NCBI GenBank assembly: GCA_022813865.1
Contig: JALDZX010000017.1
Span: 62,001 to 126,000, forward strand
Length of the DNA stretch: 64,000 nt
Reading direction: 5' to 3'
DNA from: Xylographa opegraphella
Taxonomy: Eukaryota
The translations under genes and the position numbers were made by a program. Positions 37,224-48,945 of this stretch are shown here, one piece after another (the first letter of the stretch is position 1; every line of letters begins with the position of its first letter). The notes under the pieces are model-generated. The model had not been told where the DNA came from. It was given only the letters and a program-made list of their open reading frames with translations, and searched no databases.

Positions 37224-37563
37224 ATGCTTTCACGAACAGCACTGAGGATGGCGAACGCCCCGTCACTCGTCACCAAGCGCGACTTTCATGCCACTCGTGC
37301 ACGCCTCGCAAGTCCATTTCATTACCCGGAAGGTCCTCGGACAAACATACCGTTCAACCCCCTCACGAAGTATTTTGCCTTCCGGTACTGGGCGTTCATG
37401 GGTATAGCACTATTGGGAAATTCCTGAAAGCAGCGCATGCTAACGGGAGTTCAGCTGTTGGCTTTGGTCTTCCCTTCGGCATTGCAGGTGAGTCTTCGTA
37501 AATTGCAGAAGGATGACAAGGCACTGATTTGTTACAGTCTGGCAAACGAAGAAGAATAAGTAG
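37224..37563 (+). CDS. COX8: Cytochrome c oxidase subunit VIIc (yeast Cox8 family); 3 coding exons, with a 5'-UTR intron ending directly before the ATG
   Basis: HYPEGPRTNIPF..FRYWAFMAVGFGLPFGIAVWQTKKNK*. GTAAGT at 37178 ..TAG|ATG. Confidence 0.9.
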
Positions 37564-37950
37564 GTGCCGCAATTGGTCGCAAAGCGCAGGCAATTATGCA
37601 GAGTAGGAGTCACGCGCGATGGGTATTGTGGTCTGTACAGAAGAAGCCGGACAAGTTGTTCCTCACAGCATTGTCATATCCTACTCAGAGAGCAATGTGG
37701 TCTTAGAAATGGCCATTATCACGTTGTGCATGTATGATGTAGACTGCGCAAACACCGCCAAATACAAGATTTTACAGTATAGATATGTAAATCCTGCTTC
37801 AAATCGACAAGCATCGTCTTAGATTACATTTTTTCGAGGTTTTGCATTATGTCGCCGAAAATTAATGTCAGGCTGGCTCGAATGGCAGCATTATGATACT
37901 TCCACGGTTTTTCATTCACTTCTCGGCACAAACATCATAGTCTGCTTGAA

Positions 37951-40900
37951 ATGCGGAATTTGAGAAATACGCGTCGGGACCAGCTCCGGAGCCCTGGGGA
38001 TCTGGCTCTGAAAGCTTCCGGATGGGACATCGAAAACGAAAGTATTATTTGTGCTTACGGTCCAACTAAAGACAATTCCCTAATACAGCTCAAGCGCTGG
38101 CACTACGATCGAGAAGAGAATGAAGAAAATTTGAGAGATATTGCTTCATGGGATGCGCCATGTCCTCTACCGGATCTTGAATGTGACAATATACTGGATG
38201 TTCGTTACTTCTCTGAATCGTCCACTATTTGTATTGTACTTGCTGGTGGAGACATCATTGTTGTTCGAGAAGCTCCTTCCGATGGGCAAGAAAAAATCGA
38301 GATCGTTGGAACTGTTGATGTGGGCATTTCTGCTGCGGCTTGGTCACCAGATGAAGAACTTCTCACCTTATTAACTCGAGCAGATACATTGCTTTACATG
38401 ACCAAAGAATTTGACAACATATCATCTGTGACGCTGGCCGAAGATGATCTTAAGGCTTCGAAACATGTGTCTGTCGGCTGGGGTAAAAAGGAGACTCAAT
38501 TCAAAGGCAAAGGAGCAAAAGCACTCCGAGACCCCACGATGCCTGAAAAGGTTGACGAAGGCCTACCAAGTGCCCACGATGACAACTCTTCCACCATCAG
38601 CTGGAGAGGAGATGGAGCCTATTTAGCAGTGAACAGCAACCAAGCAAGTCCGCGTCGAGTGATCAGAGTCTATTCAAGAGAAGCCGATCTCGATGGTGTC
38701 AGTGAGCCTGTCGATGGCTTGGAAGGGGCACTCAGCTGGCGGCCTGATGGAAACCTTCTTGCCGGGATTCAGCGATTTGATGACCATGTTGACGTTGTAT
38801 TCTTCGAACGAAATGGGTTGCGACATGGCCAATTTCCTCTCAGAATAGCGGTTGACGAAATGACAGACGAGTGGGCGACGTCCATTATATTAGAATGGAA
38901 TGTAGGCTCATCCATATTGGCTGTGTGCTTTCGGGATAGGGTTCAGCTCTGGACAATGGGCAACTACTATTATTACTTAAAGCAGGAACTCTCATTCACG
39001 TACGCCTCCCCAAGCGGGCGGATTGGATTCCAGTGGAACCCGGAGCATCCACTTATGTGCACTGCGATGTCAGAAGGTATAACTCCTATGTTTCTCTAAA
39101 TTTCGCCTGCTTATCTTAGACAGACAGTATACATCGACTGGAGTATGTTCTCTCAGTAGACGCTGGATCAACAATATCCCCAGACGGTTATGGTATTGTA
39201 GCTGTGATTGACGGCAGTATGTTTGACTCGGTTTGCCTCGATCATAATCATACAACAAAGTTGACAATTAGCAGAAGAAGTCAAACTCACACCGTTCCGC
39301 CTTGCTAACGTCCCACCGCCTATGGCATTCCAAGAAGTTTCTGTGAAAAGTAATATAGTCCATGCCGCAATATATGGCGGAGGCTCAAACACAAAAGTTG
39401 CTGTCTTAGAACGTGATCGGCTTACGATCTACCGGTGGAACTTGAAATCAAGGCCTGTTCTGGCGCCGATTCTTCTTGCGTCCGCTGAAACTGCTGCATG
39501 TCAAAGATTTGTTCAGCAAGTTGTGTTTGTAGATGATGAGCAAGTTTTGGTGCTTGCAACCCATTACCCCGGTAGCACAGTCAGTCTCTTTCGCCTGACT
39601 GCTACGGACCTCAAGCATGTTAGAACTTCGCCATCTGTTCCATTTGCTCAAAGTATATGTTTAAGCTCCTCAAGGCTGAACTCTATACCTTGTTTACATT
39701 TCTCCTCATCGGGCCGCGTGGCTAGTTCTCATAAGATCTTGGAGTCAGGTTCGGATTCAGGCCAGAAATCTTTCTCGGACAATGGTTGGAACGACATCTG
39801 TGTCTTCCCGAAGCTGATACGTGAGGTAAAAATTATTGATCTTTGGAATAACAATTCCGAAACGACCGATGACGGGTCACTAACAATAGCCTTCGGCCTC
39901 ACGCCCAATGGCTCCTTATACGCAAATTCTCGTCGTCTAGCAAAAGATTGCACCTCGTTCCTAGTGACTCCCGCTCATCTTATCTTCACAACTACCCAGA
40001 ATCTGCTTAAGTTCGTTCACATGGTCCAAGTTGAAGGTTAGCCTCTGCGAACGGACGAGAGTACCTCGCTAACGATCACAAGAGCTGGAGGTGCCTCCTG
40101 ATACACCGGAAATTGATGAGCGATGTAGAAGTGTCGAGCGAGGAGCCAGGCTGGTCACAGTCATGCCATCAATATCCGCTCTTATTTTACAAATGCCAAG
40201 AGGGAATCTCGAGACAATTTACCCTAGGGCTCTCGTTCTGCCCGTTATCCGTCAGCACATTGATGAGAGGAAGTACAAGAAGGCATTCCTATCGTGTCGA
40301 AGCCACCGAGTGGATATGAACATCCTTCACGACCACGACCCGGAAAAATTTATCAAGAATGTAGACTTGTTCGTGGGTCAGGTTGGTAAAGTCGAACATA
40401 TCGACCTGTTCCTATCACAGCTTCGGTATCAGCTCTGATCTCAGTATTGTGGTATTTGCTTATTGAGTTAGGGAGGAAGACGTTTCGAAAACTATTTACA
40501 AAGACACTATTATACGAGGAAAGCCAGAGTCTGGTATGCAAAATCCGAGACCTGATGCGGGTGCTCCTAGGGACTCCGGAAAGCCGAAAATCAACATTAT
40601 CTGTGATGCTTTCCTCCAAGCTCTGCAACCGTGTGCTTCTACAAATCTCCAGAACATTATCACGGCTCACGTCTGTAAGAGTCCGCCGGATCTTGAAGCA
40701 GGACTGTTGGAGGTTGCTAAATTGCAAAGTGGGTCATCAGTTAGAGATGAAAAATACAAGCTAAAAATTGCAGGGCACAATTCCGAAGAGGCAGAGAAGG
40801 CTGTGGAACATATCTGTTTTCTGGTCGACGTCAACCGCCTGTATGACAATGCACTTGGACTTTATAATCTCGAATTAGCCTTGCTGGTAGCACAACAATC

Positions 40901-42268
40901 ACAGAAGGTTGGTAGAGTTCCTCTGCAATCCTAGAGCCTACTGACTATCCAGTAGGACCCGAGAGAATATCTTCCGTTTCTTCAACAGTTACAAGAACTG
41001 CCCCCTAATCGTAAAGAATATGCTATAGATGATTATCTTGGCCGCTATACAAAAGCACTGATGCATCTTCATGCTATCAATGACTTCGAGGAGTCTACAA
41101 TTTACATGACGAAGCATAAACTATATGAGGATGCTCTACGTATCTACCGGTGGCAAGACGATCGCATCCAAGGCGTCATGGGCCTATATGCAGAGTATCT
41201 GAGGAAAGAAGCAAATTTTAGAGAAGCTGGTATAGGTACGTACAGATCTATCATAATAGCAGTATCGGGCAAGGGCTGATCTGCTCAGCTTACGAGTTTG
41301 TCAAAAATTATGCTCATGCAGCCGAGGCCTACCAGCTTGCTCACTTATGGCAAGAAGCGCTCTCGTGCGCCGGATTCATCCCTTTAAAAGAAGCGCAATT
41401 ACAATCCTTTGCAAGCATCATTGCCGGCTCGCTACAGGAGCTCAAAGACTACCACTCTGCGGCAATCGTCCATCAAGACTATCTCCACGACCTCGAATCT
41501 GCAGCACGCCTCTTCTGCAAGGGCTACTTCTACGCCGATGCCATCCGCATTCTGAGCCTCAACAAGCGGCCCGACCTCGTAGATACCATCGTGGACGCCG
41601 GTCTCGTAGAGGGCATGGGAACAATGACCGAGCTCCTGGCTGAATGCAGAGCCCAATTCAATGCCCAGGTCCCTCGGCTTCGAGAACTCCGCATCAAAAA
41701 AGTGGAGGAACCGCTCGCTTTCTTCGAAGGAGACGCCAATAATGGGATGGACATCCCCGACAATGTCTCACTTGCGCCAACGGATGGTTCGACGACTGGT
41801 GGATCTCTTTTTACGCGGTATACAAATCGGACGGGTACGGTTGGCACTAATGCAACGCGGAGGACATCGAAAAACAAAAGGCGAGAGGAGAGGAAGCGGG
41901 CGAGGGGGAAGAAGGGAAGTGTATATGAGGAAGAGTATCTTGTGAATAGTATAGGCAGATTGATCGAGAGGGTCAACGCAGTTGGAGACGAGGTGGGGAG
42001 GCTGGTGGCTGGACTAATGAGAAGGGGAATGAGGGAGAGGGCGAAGGCCGTCGAGGGAGCGATGGTGGAAGTTGTGGGGCTGTGTCGAGATTGTGTAGGA
42101 GAAGTGTTCCAGAGTGAGAGCAAAGTTGTGCAGGAAGCGGACAGGCAGAAGGAGCAGGATGTTGACAGACCGACGGGCGGAGACGGGGTGCTCTGGGATA
42201 GCATGGAGGCAAAGAAGGAAGCTCCCGAGGTCAAGGCGTTCGAAAAGCTAGCGTTGTTCACCCGATAG
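37951..42268 (+). CDS. ELP1: Elongator complex subunit 1
   Basis: MRNL, AWSPDEE, VSVGWGKKETQF, ISWRGDG, FFERNGLRHGQF, LQMPRGNLETIYPRALVL, QKDPREYLPFL and RARGKKGSVYEEEYLVNS. Confidence 0.96.
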
Positions 42269-42355
42269 CGATTTGGAATAGTAGCTTAGTTGACAAAGTG
42301 TCCGCTGCAATTGACTATAGCAATAACCAAAATTGTTTGCTCATCCACGTTGAGG

Positions 42356-43598
42356 CTAAGTATCCACGGGGTTTGGCTTCCCTTGCTCATCGATTAGATG
42401 CTCCTGCACACTGATCGGCCCTTCCCCAATGCCCGTCAGGATCACCCTACTCACCCCATCCTTTAAGATCTGGGCAACTTTGTCATCGACAGACAATGCC
42501 CCTTCCATGGCAACAATAGCCTTACCTCGATTTCCATCCCAGCCCTGTTTCCCAGCCAATAAAAACTTGAAAGACCCGGCGACGAGATCCTCATCCTCCT
42601 CGAGATGATAGATCACTGCATTCGGCCCCGCATCGAACGTGTACGCTGCCACTATCTTGCCCGCCCTCGTATTCAATTCTTCCACCGCACGTATGGCGGC
42701 GCGGCTCACGTCGTTCAAGTAGAATATCGGGGGCTCGGTGTCCAGACACGTAGCATGGAAGGAATTGCTTTCCCGCATTGTGATCCGGCCGAAGGTCTCG
42801 AAGTCCCTGGCGTGTATCGCCTGCTCGATCTCGGCCATCTCCTTCGGCACGACGTGGTTCGTTCTTGTTTGGAACAGAGCAGATGTTTTGACCGTCGCTT
42901 GCATGCCTGTCGTGCTGCTGATGCCCTTCTTGTCTGCGCTGACCACCAGGATCAGCGCTCGCATCTCCGGCCAATGACTTCGCGGAGCTACAAGACGCGC
43001 GATACTATCTTTGCCGTCCGCGCGGGAACCTTTGTCCCACGCTACGTATCCGCCGAGAAGACTTCGACATGCGGAGCCAGATCCTTGCCTCGCTATGAGC
43101 GAGAGCTCCGTCGCTGTTTGTGGGAGAGCATAGAGATCAGCCACAGCGCGGACAAGGGCTGCAAACCCGGCGGCGGAAGATGCTAGACCAGCTGCAGTGG
43201 GAAAGTTGTTCACGGAAACGAGCCGGAGCGGGAAGGTAGAGAGTTTCGGAAGCTTAGGGTCAGCATCTTCAAGGGCGGCGCGTAGTGAGCGGAGAGCGGT
43301 GAGGCAGGCGGTCGGTCGGGCCGAGGATATTTCTTGCGGTGTGGAGTTGAGGATGAGAGTGTCTGGAGCGGAGAAGGTGGGAGAGCATGAGGCGGTTGTA
43401 TGCGTACGGAGGTCTGATTGGGCGAGAGTAACGGACAGGGAGGAGTTGGTGGGCAGGTTCAGAGAGGTATCGCGCTTGCCCCAGTATCTAGATACGGTAA
43501 TTAGTGGGAGAGCTATTGCATTCGAGCTGTGCACACTTGATGACTGCGATGTTAACTGGTGCGGTGGTACTCGCCCAGTAGATCTGTTCACCCGTCAT
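42356..43598 (-). CDS. MVD1: Diphosphomevalonate decarboxylase; 2 exons
   Basis: TAPVNIAVIK|YWGKRD..LPTNSSLSVTL, NNFPTAAGLASSAAG, GSGSACRS and YTFDAGPNAV. Confidence 0.96.
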
Positions 43599-43801
43599 GT
43601 TCTGAAAGACAATAATAATAGCTGAGCTTGTGTCGGTGAATGATTAAGGTAGGACTAATACTGTTGACTTTCGAGATTGGCGAGGGCGATCTCCCGCTGT
43701 GGAACAGGGGCCATCCATGTCTTTTTTTTTGATGCGCATCATGCATGGTCTTGCATCGAGCAGTGTAATTTTGCAACAATTTTGCTGTTCTGCTCCCAAC
43801 G

Positions 43802-44560
43802 ATGGCCAAATCCACAGACGACTGCTCAAAATCATGCCCAATAGATCAAGCTGCTCGCGAAGCATGGCTCGAAAAAGCCCGCCAAGCAGGACAAGCTTCG
43901 TCTGCACCGACCTCCGTTCCACAAACACCCATTCCCATACCTCAACAAGACCGACCGAAGAAGACCCGACCACTGGCGTTGGACAGAGAAATTAGTACCA
44001 TCCCACGCGCAGACCCAGCAGTGTCCACCACAACACCCAATCCTTCCTCTACCAAAGTTGCCAACAATGAGCAAGAAACAGGCTCCGATGCGAAATCTGG
44101 AAACTGGGTCTATCCCTCGGAAAGGATGTTCTTCGATGCGATGAAACGCAAAAACTACGACCCGGTAGCCACCGACATGACGGCCATTGTTCCTATCCAT
44201 AATGCGGTCAATGAGCGGGCGTGGAAGGAGATCATGGACTGGGAGAATCGATTCGCGTGGTCACGAGACGAGAATAAGAGTTGTGGAGGCCCAAGGTTAC
44301 ACAGCTTCTCTGGCGACAGTCAAAAGCTGAGTCCGCGGGCGAGGTGGAACAGCTTTTTGGGCTACCAGGAGCCTTTTGATCGACATGATTGGGTGGTGGA
44401 GCGATGTCCAGGCCACGGGACTATTGAATATGTGATTGATTTCTATGCTGGAAAAGACGACGGAAAGGGTAAAGGGTTGAGCTTCTACTTGGATGTAAGG
44501 CCGAAGTTGAATAGTTGGGAAGGATGGAAGATGAGGACATGGAGACTTATGGGACTTTAA
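43802..44560 (+). CDS. CYT2: Holocytochrome c-type synthase (most like cytochrome c1 heme lyase)
   Basis: N-terminal CP heme motif, WVYPS..FFDAMKRK, HNAVNERAW, PFDRHDW, YVIDFY and LDVRP. CYT2 versus CYC3 is a judgement call. Confidence 0.85.
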   Translation: MAKSTDDCSKSCPIDQAAREAWLEKARQAGQASSAPTSVPQTPIPIPQQDRPKKTRPLALDREISTIPRADPAVSTTTPNPSSTKVANNEQETGSDAKSGNWVYPSERMFFDAMKRKNYDPVATDMTAIVPIHNAVNERAWKEIMDWENRFAWSRDENKSCGGPRLHSFSGDSQKLSPRARWNSFLGYQEPFDRHDWVVERCPGHGTIEYVIDFYAGKDDGKGKGLSFYLDVRPKLNSWEGWKMRTWRLMGL

Positions 44561-44812
44561 ATGGATCATTTCTATACCTAGCTTGGCGTTGCATTGCATT
44601 GCGTACGGTGTACCGGAACGCATGATGGATCGATGGGGTTCAGAAACTGTATATAGATGTACGATAGCGCAAGTTATCACTTATTCCACCCCAAAGACAA
44701 TTCTTTGACAGACTTTATCTTCCCTGAAACGTAAACGCCCTTGCGCCAAATGCTGGATGCTGGATGCACTCTCTCGCTGAGAAAATGGACGACAGTTACA
44801 ATGCTTGTACAA

Positions 44813-45691
44813 TCAACCCAGAGTGGCAACCAAGATGATAACCACAAGCACAACCGCCAAAATCAGCAAGAGACAGCATGCCTTGCCTCTTGCCTGTCTC
44901 TGGTAGCGGTTCGCAGATCTCAACTCAACATCCGCCTGCCGAGTGTCTGTTGCGGTGTTTTGTACGTTGACTTCTATGGTATCGAGGACGGTGCCTTGTT
45001 CGCGTACGATGTGAGCGACATCTCGGAATAGTTCGTTCAATTCCCCAACGCTCTGCTCAATGTTTCTGATCTCCGATTCCCGCTCCACAATTAAAGACTC
45101 CTGAAAGTCGACTTCATCTTGAGAGGCTAAGCGTAGTTGGTCCTGCTCTTGTACTTGCGTTTGCTTTGGATCATCGCTGTAACGAGGTAGACTGGAAGAG
45201 TCACCACTGTCTATCGCAGTTCGTGTCGCAGAAGCCGATGCTCTTTGCTTTTCAAGTGCGAGCCGTTGTATTGACTGGAACTCCGTCCCAGATGCTTGGA
45301 ACTCTCGCGAGAGCTTTTGCTGTGTATATTTTTGGGACGGCTACGAAAATAGTATTAGTATTGCACCATGTGATACAATGGACGTGTCGCTCACACTAAG
45401 ATCTTCCCAAGATGTGAGTCTCTTGATGCCTTCACCAACGTCCTTGAATACGTCTCGACTCTCTTCCAGTAGGTCGTGCACCCTTTCGCGAACTCTCTCG
45501 GTATCGCGTTTTGTGCCCAGCAGACTGATTTGTGAGGAGAGACGGGATATATTCGATGTGAGGGAGAACAGCTTGACAGAAAGATCCTCCGAGAATTTGT
45601 CGAACTCCGGGTCGTCTCGATACTCTGGATCTTCGTTGCGGCGCATTGTGGTAGGTTGCCCCTCCAGCGCAGGCAGTTGGTCGAATGACAT
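44813..45691 (-). CDS. PEP12: Qa-SNARE syntaxin, Pep12/Vam3-like; 2 exons
   Basis: Habc region (LLGTKRDTERVRERV), SNARE motif ERESEIRNIEQSVGELNELFRDVAHIVREQG and a C-terminal TM. Confidence 0.88.
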
Positions 45692-46038
45692 TGTCCCGCG
45701 ATACAGTCAACGAAAGTTTAGATATTCAGACTTGCAGTATCAGATTGATCTGAGACTTCCTGGAATACCGTGATAGTGCTTTGCGATATATACTGTTACA
45801 GAAGGACGAAGCTGCTGGCTGACGTCGACCTTCATAGCAGGTGCCTGACTGGGCGGCTCGCTAGGATAGCCGCCTTGGCTGACAGGGATCAGGCTCACCT
45901 TTTGTTGACTTGGAGATTCACACTCAGCACTCATTCATATGCGTTTCCTTCGCGATCCTAGGTATTTGTTGTATCTCCACTGCAACTGATACTCGAGTAG
46001 TGTCAATACGATGAATTAAAGCTGGTCTTCAAACCATA

Positions 46039-48087
46039 ATGCCTTCGCAGGCGCGTGTCCGCTTCTACAGAGAATTTCTTACTCCAGCTCTGCATCGGAG
46101 TTTCACCCATGCCGCTTTTCTGACCTTGCTGCTATGCTATGTTGAAGCGATATTGATTGGGGACAAAATATCATGTGTGCAACTAATGCCGTTTCAGATC
46201 CTTTGCTAACGGCTTTTTTTACAGTTTTATGGTCATGGTTTCCAATCGGGCCAGCCGGTGCACGAGCCTTCCTTCTTTTCATCTCAGGCCTCATAGTTTT
46301 TGTCCTGAGAGTCGCTCAGCTTCATATCGGGGACAGAACCTCCGATTTCCCATTCGAGACCTTCCAGCACTACCTTCTTCGATTTGAACCACTCCAAACA
46401 CTAGGGTGTTATTTCTTCTCCGCATGGCTCTTTTGCGAAGTCTATATGTGGTCGGTACCAGCAAGTGCTGACCTGGGCTGGGTGGCAGAGGGAAAGTTCG
46501 TGGTCACAACACAACCAAGCTGAGGGCTATAGCTGAACTATTTCAGGTCATATGAACGGCAACGCTTGAACGAGAGGCCGATTTACCTTCGAAGTGTGTT
46601 TTATATGTTGGCAACTACCCAAGCACTAATTCATCTATACTATGATTATGACAGGATCCTTCTACCTATCGGCCTACCCGGACCTGTAGTGGGTACTGAT
46701 GGGGCCTCGAATAATAAGAAGTCACCCCTTGACCAATTGAAACGGACAGCTCGAAGGCGTATTATAAATGTTACCACAAGAGCTGTCGCTATCAGCATTT
46801 TGGGGCCATTTCTCTACGCCTTGTGTATCCGCTGGATTGCATGGCCATGGACTGTGCGCATAGCTCGTGTGATTTGGAATATCCAGAGAGATTCTGCACC
46901 ACCGAGATTTCCTCCTTATCATATTGGGCTGATTCTCCGGTCTTTGACAGCTGGTCTGATGCTTCTGTGTCTATGGGAATTTTCAAATGCTGCATTCAGC
47001 GCTTATGTCGGTCAGGCACCCTTGAAAAATGGTCAACCTCTTACAACAGATTCTCGAGATCCCAATGGAAGTTTGATAAATGGCCTAAAGGCAAAAAAAG
47101 AAATTACAAGGGTGTGTTGTGCTCAGTCGAGTCAGGACGCCTACTGACAATGATAAATAGACATTCGCCTTCTGGGAACTTCTATATATCACCCAACGCC
47201 TCATTGCAAGGAAGAATAGTATATTTTCTGAAATCGACCGTGCCGGAGGTGCTACCTGGGCTCAGGTACTGAACATTTCTCTGGTCACGATACAGGCTAT
47301 TAGTTCTCGTATTGGTGATTTCGAGCATCCCAGAACTTCCGAATCTTTGCCGGGTCAACTGCCACAAATGAAGGTCGAGGAACTTCCAAGGCTAGTGCCC
47401 CCAATCAGAAACGAAAATGTACTCTCCAGTCCTAATCGGCCGAGAGGTGGCCGTGAAAAACTGGAGTCAACTGTTGGTTCGATGGCCAAGGCTTATGGAC
47501 AGTCTGGACAAGCATCAAGCCCTTTCAGCCCAAGAGCGAAGCAGGCAATCGTTTTTGCTCGAGACAAGCTGCTTACGAGTGACCAGAAAAATGCAATCAA
47601 TCCCGCGAGCCTCAAGTCGTTATGTTTCGGTTATATCAATCAATTTCTTCGCACACCTTTCATAGGCGCCCCATTTCGTCAGACTTTCAAACGCCGGATT
47701 TGTAGGATAGTGCTTGGATCTCCTTACAGCCAACTGAACCTTATTCTTAGCGCCGTTGATTCCGTTACAAATCTAGCATTGGCCAGTTTGAGGGAAGACC
47801 AATTTGGAACGGTCAACAAGGATCTGCCACTCATAATACGCACCTTTGCGAATGCCATTCGGAATGTCGAACGGATCGTCCAGCAGTTGCCAATACACTG
47901 GACGGACACGGAATTCCGAGAAAGCGACGGGCAAGGTCGCAGGGTCGAAGAGGTCGAGCTCGTACTGGAGCATTTGCGGTGGGGCCTGAGGCAGCTTCTT
48001 GAAGACTTTGGGCCTTACCTTCTCGACTTGGGGCTGGGCCCAGGGGAGCTGCAGGCCTGTCGTGGGATTGTAGGCATTCCGAGCTGA
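46039..48087 (+). CDS. NDC1: Nuclear envelope/pore membrane protein Ndc1; 4 exons
   Basis: YREFLTPALHR, WSWFPIGPAG, LNERPIY, DPNGSLINGL, FAFWEL and SLREDQFGTV. Confidence 0.88.
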
Positions 48088-48520
48088 AAACGAAAGAGCC
48101 ATTTTGGTGTTTCATCCGTGCATAAGTGATACCCCAATATTCGTGTCGATCTCTGAGCCCAGAGATTTGGGATTCTCTCTGTACATTTTCATCCGTTCTC
48201 GTTGTCGAGAATCACGTCCCGGAGCTGCATGCTGCATTCGTCCCCGGTTGTGCAGAGATTGACATGGATGGAGCATTGATCGGTTTCGAGCTGGATAGGG
48301 GTTCTCGCTACCAAGCTCTCTGGGCTTCCTGCCTTTCTCTCCTGCGAAACCCACTTTTCCTTCTCTGTCCGTGCCGATGCTCTACGCGCTGTATCCGAGG
48401 GTGCGGCACGAGGGGAATAGCTCGTCCGTACATACTTCGTCGACGGCCTCATCGTGTCTTGTATCCCTGGTACTGTTCCCTTCGCTCGCTGTGACTACTC
48501 CGGTAACCCTGATACGCATG

Positions 48521-48945
48521 CCCCCCCCCCCCCCTTCTGTAGGGGTGTAGTATCTTATTCAGTGACTAATGGGGAATTGGACGCTCTTGGTGACTGGCCT
48601 GTTATTTTGCGCTTTCTGTTATATGCCGTTCGGAAGGGAGGAGAGGAGGTAGAGCAATAGGGGGCGGGTGGTAGAGGGGATACGCTTACGGGGGCGTGGT
48701 GGTCGTGTTTTTGGTGGGAAGGGGAGTTTTCTTGCTGGGGCTTGGGATGTTTGTTTGGTGGTGGGGTGGTGTGTGTGTCAGGGCATGGTGGAAGGTTATG
48801 GTGTGGTGAGGGGGGTGAGCGGTGAGGCTGTATATACATGTCTGTGTGTACGTGTGTGTACATGTATGTAATAACTAAAACCTAGCTGATTCCAAGTCTC
48901 TCGATCTGAATCTCCCAAGGGGGGAAAAAAAAGGGGGGGGAAAGT
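48521..48945. repeat. Low-complexity tract: C14, G/T-rich stretch, G and A homopolymers
   Basis: Directly visible. Confidence 0.7.
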
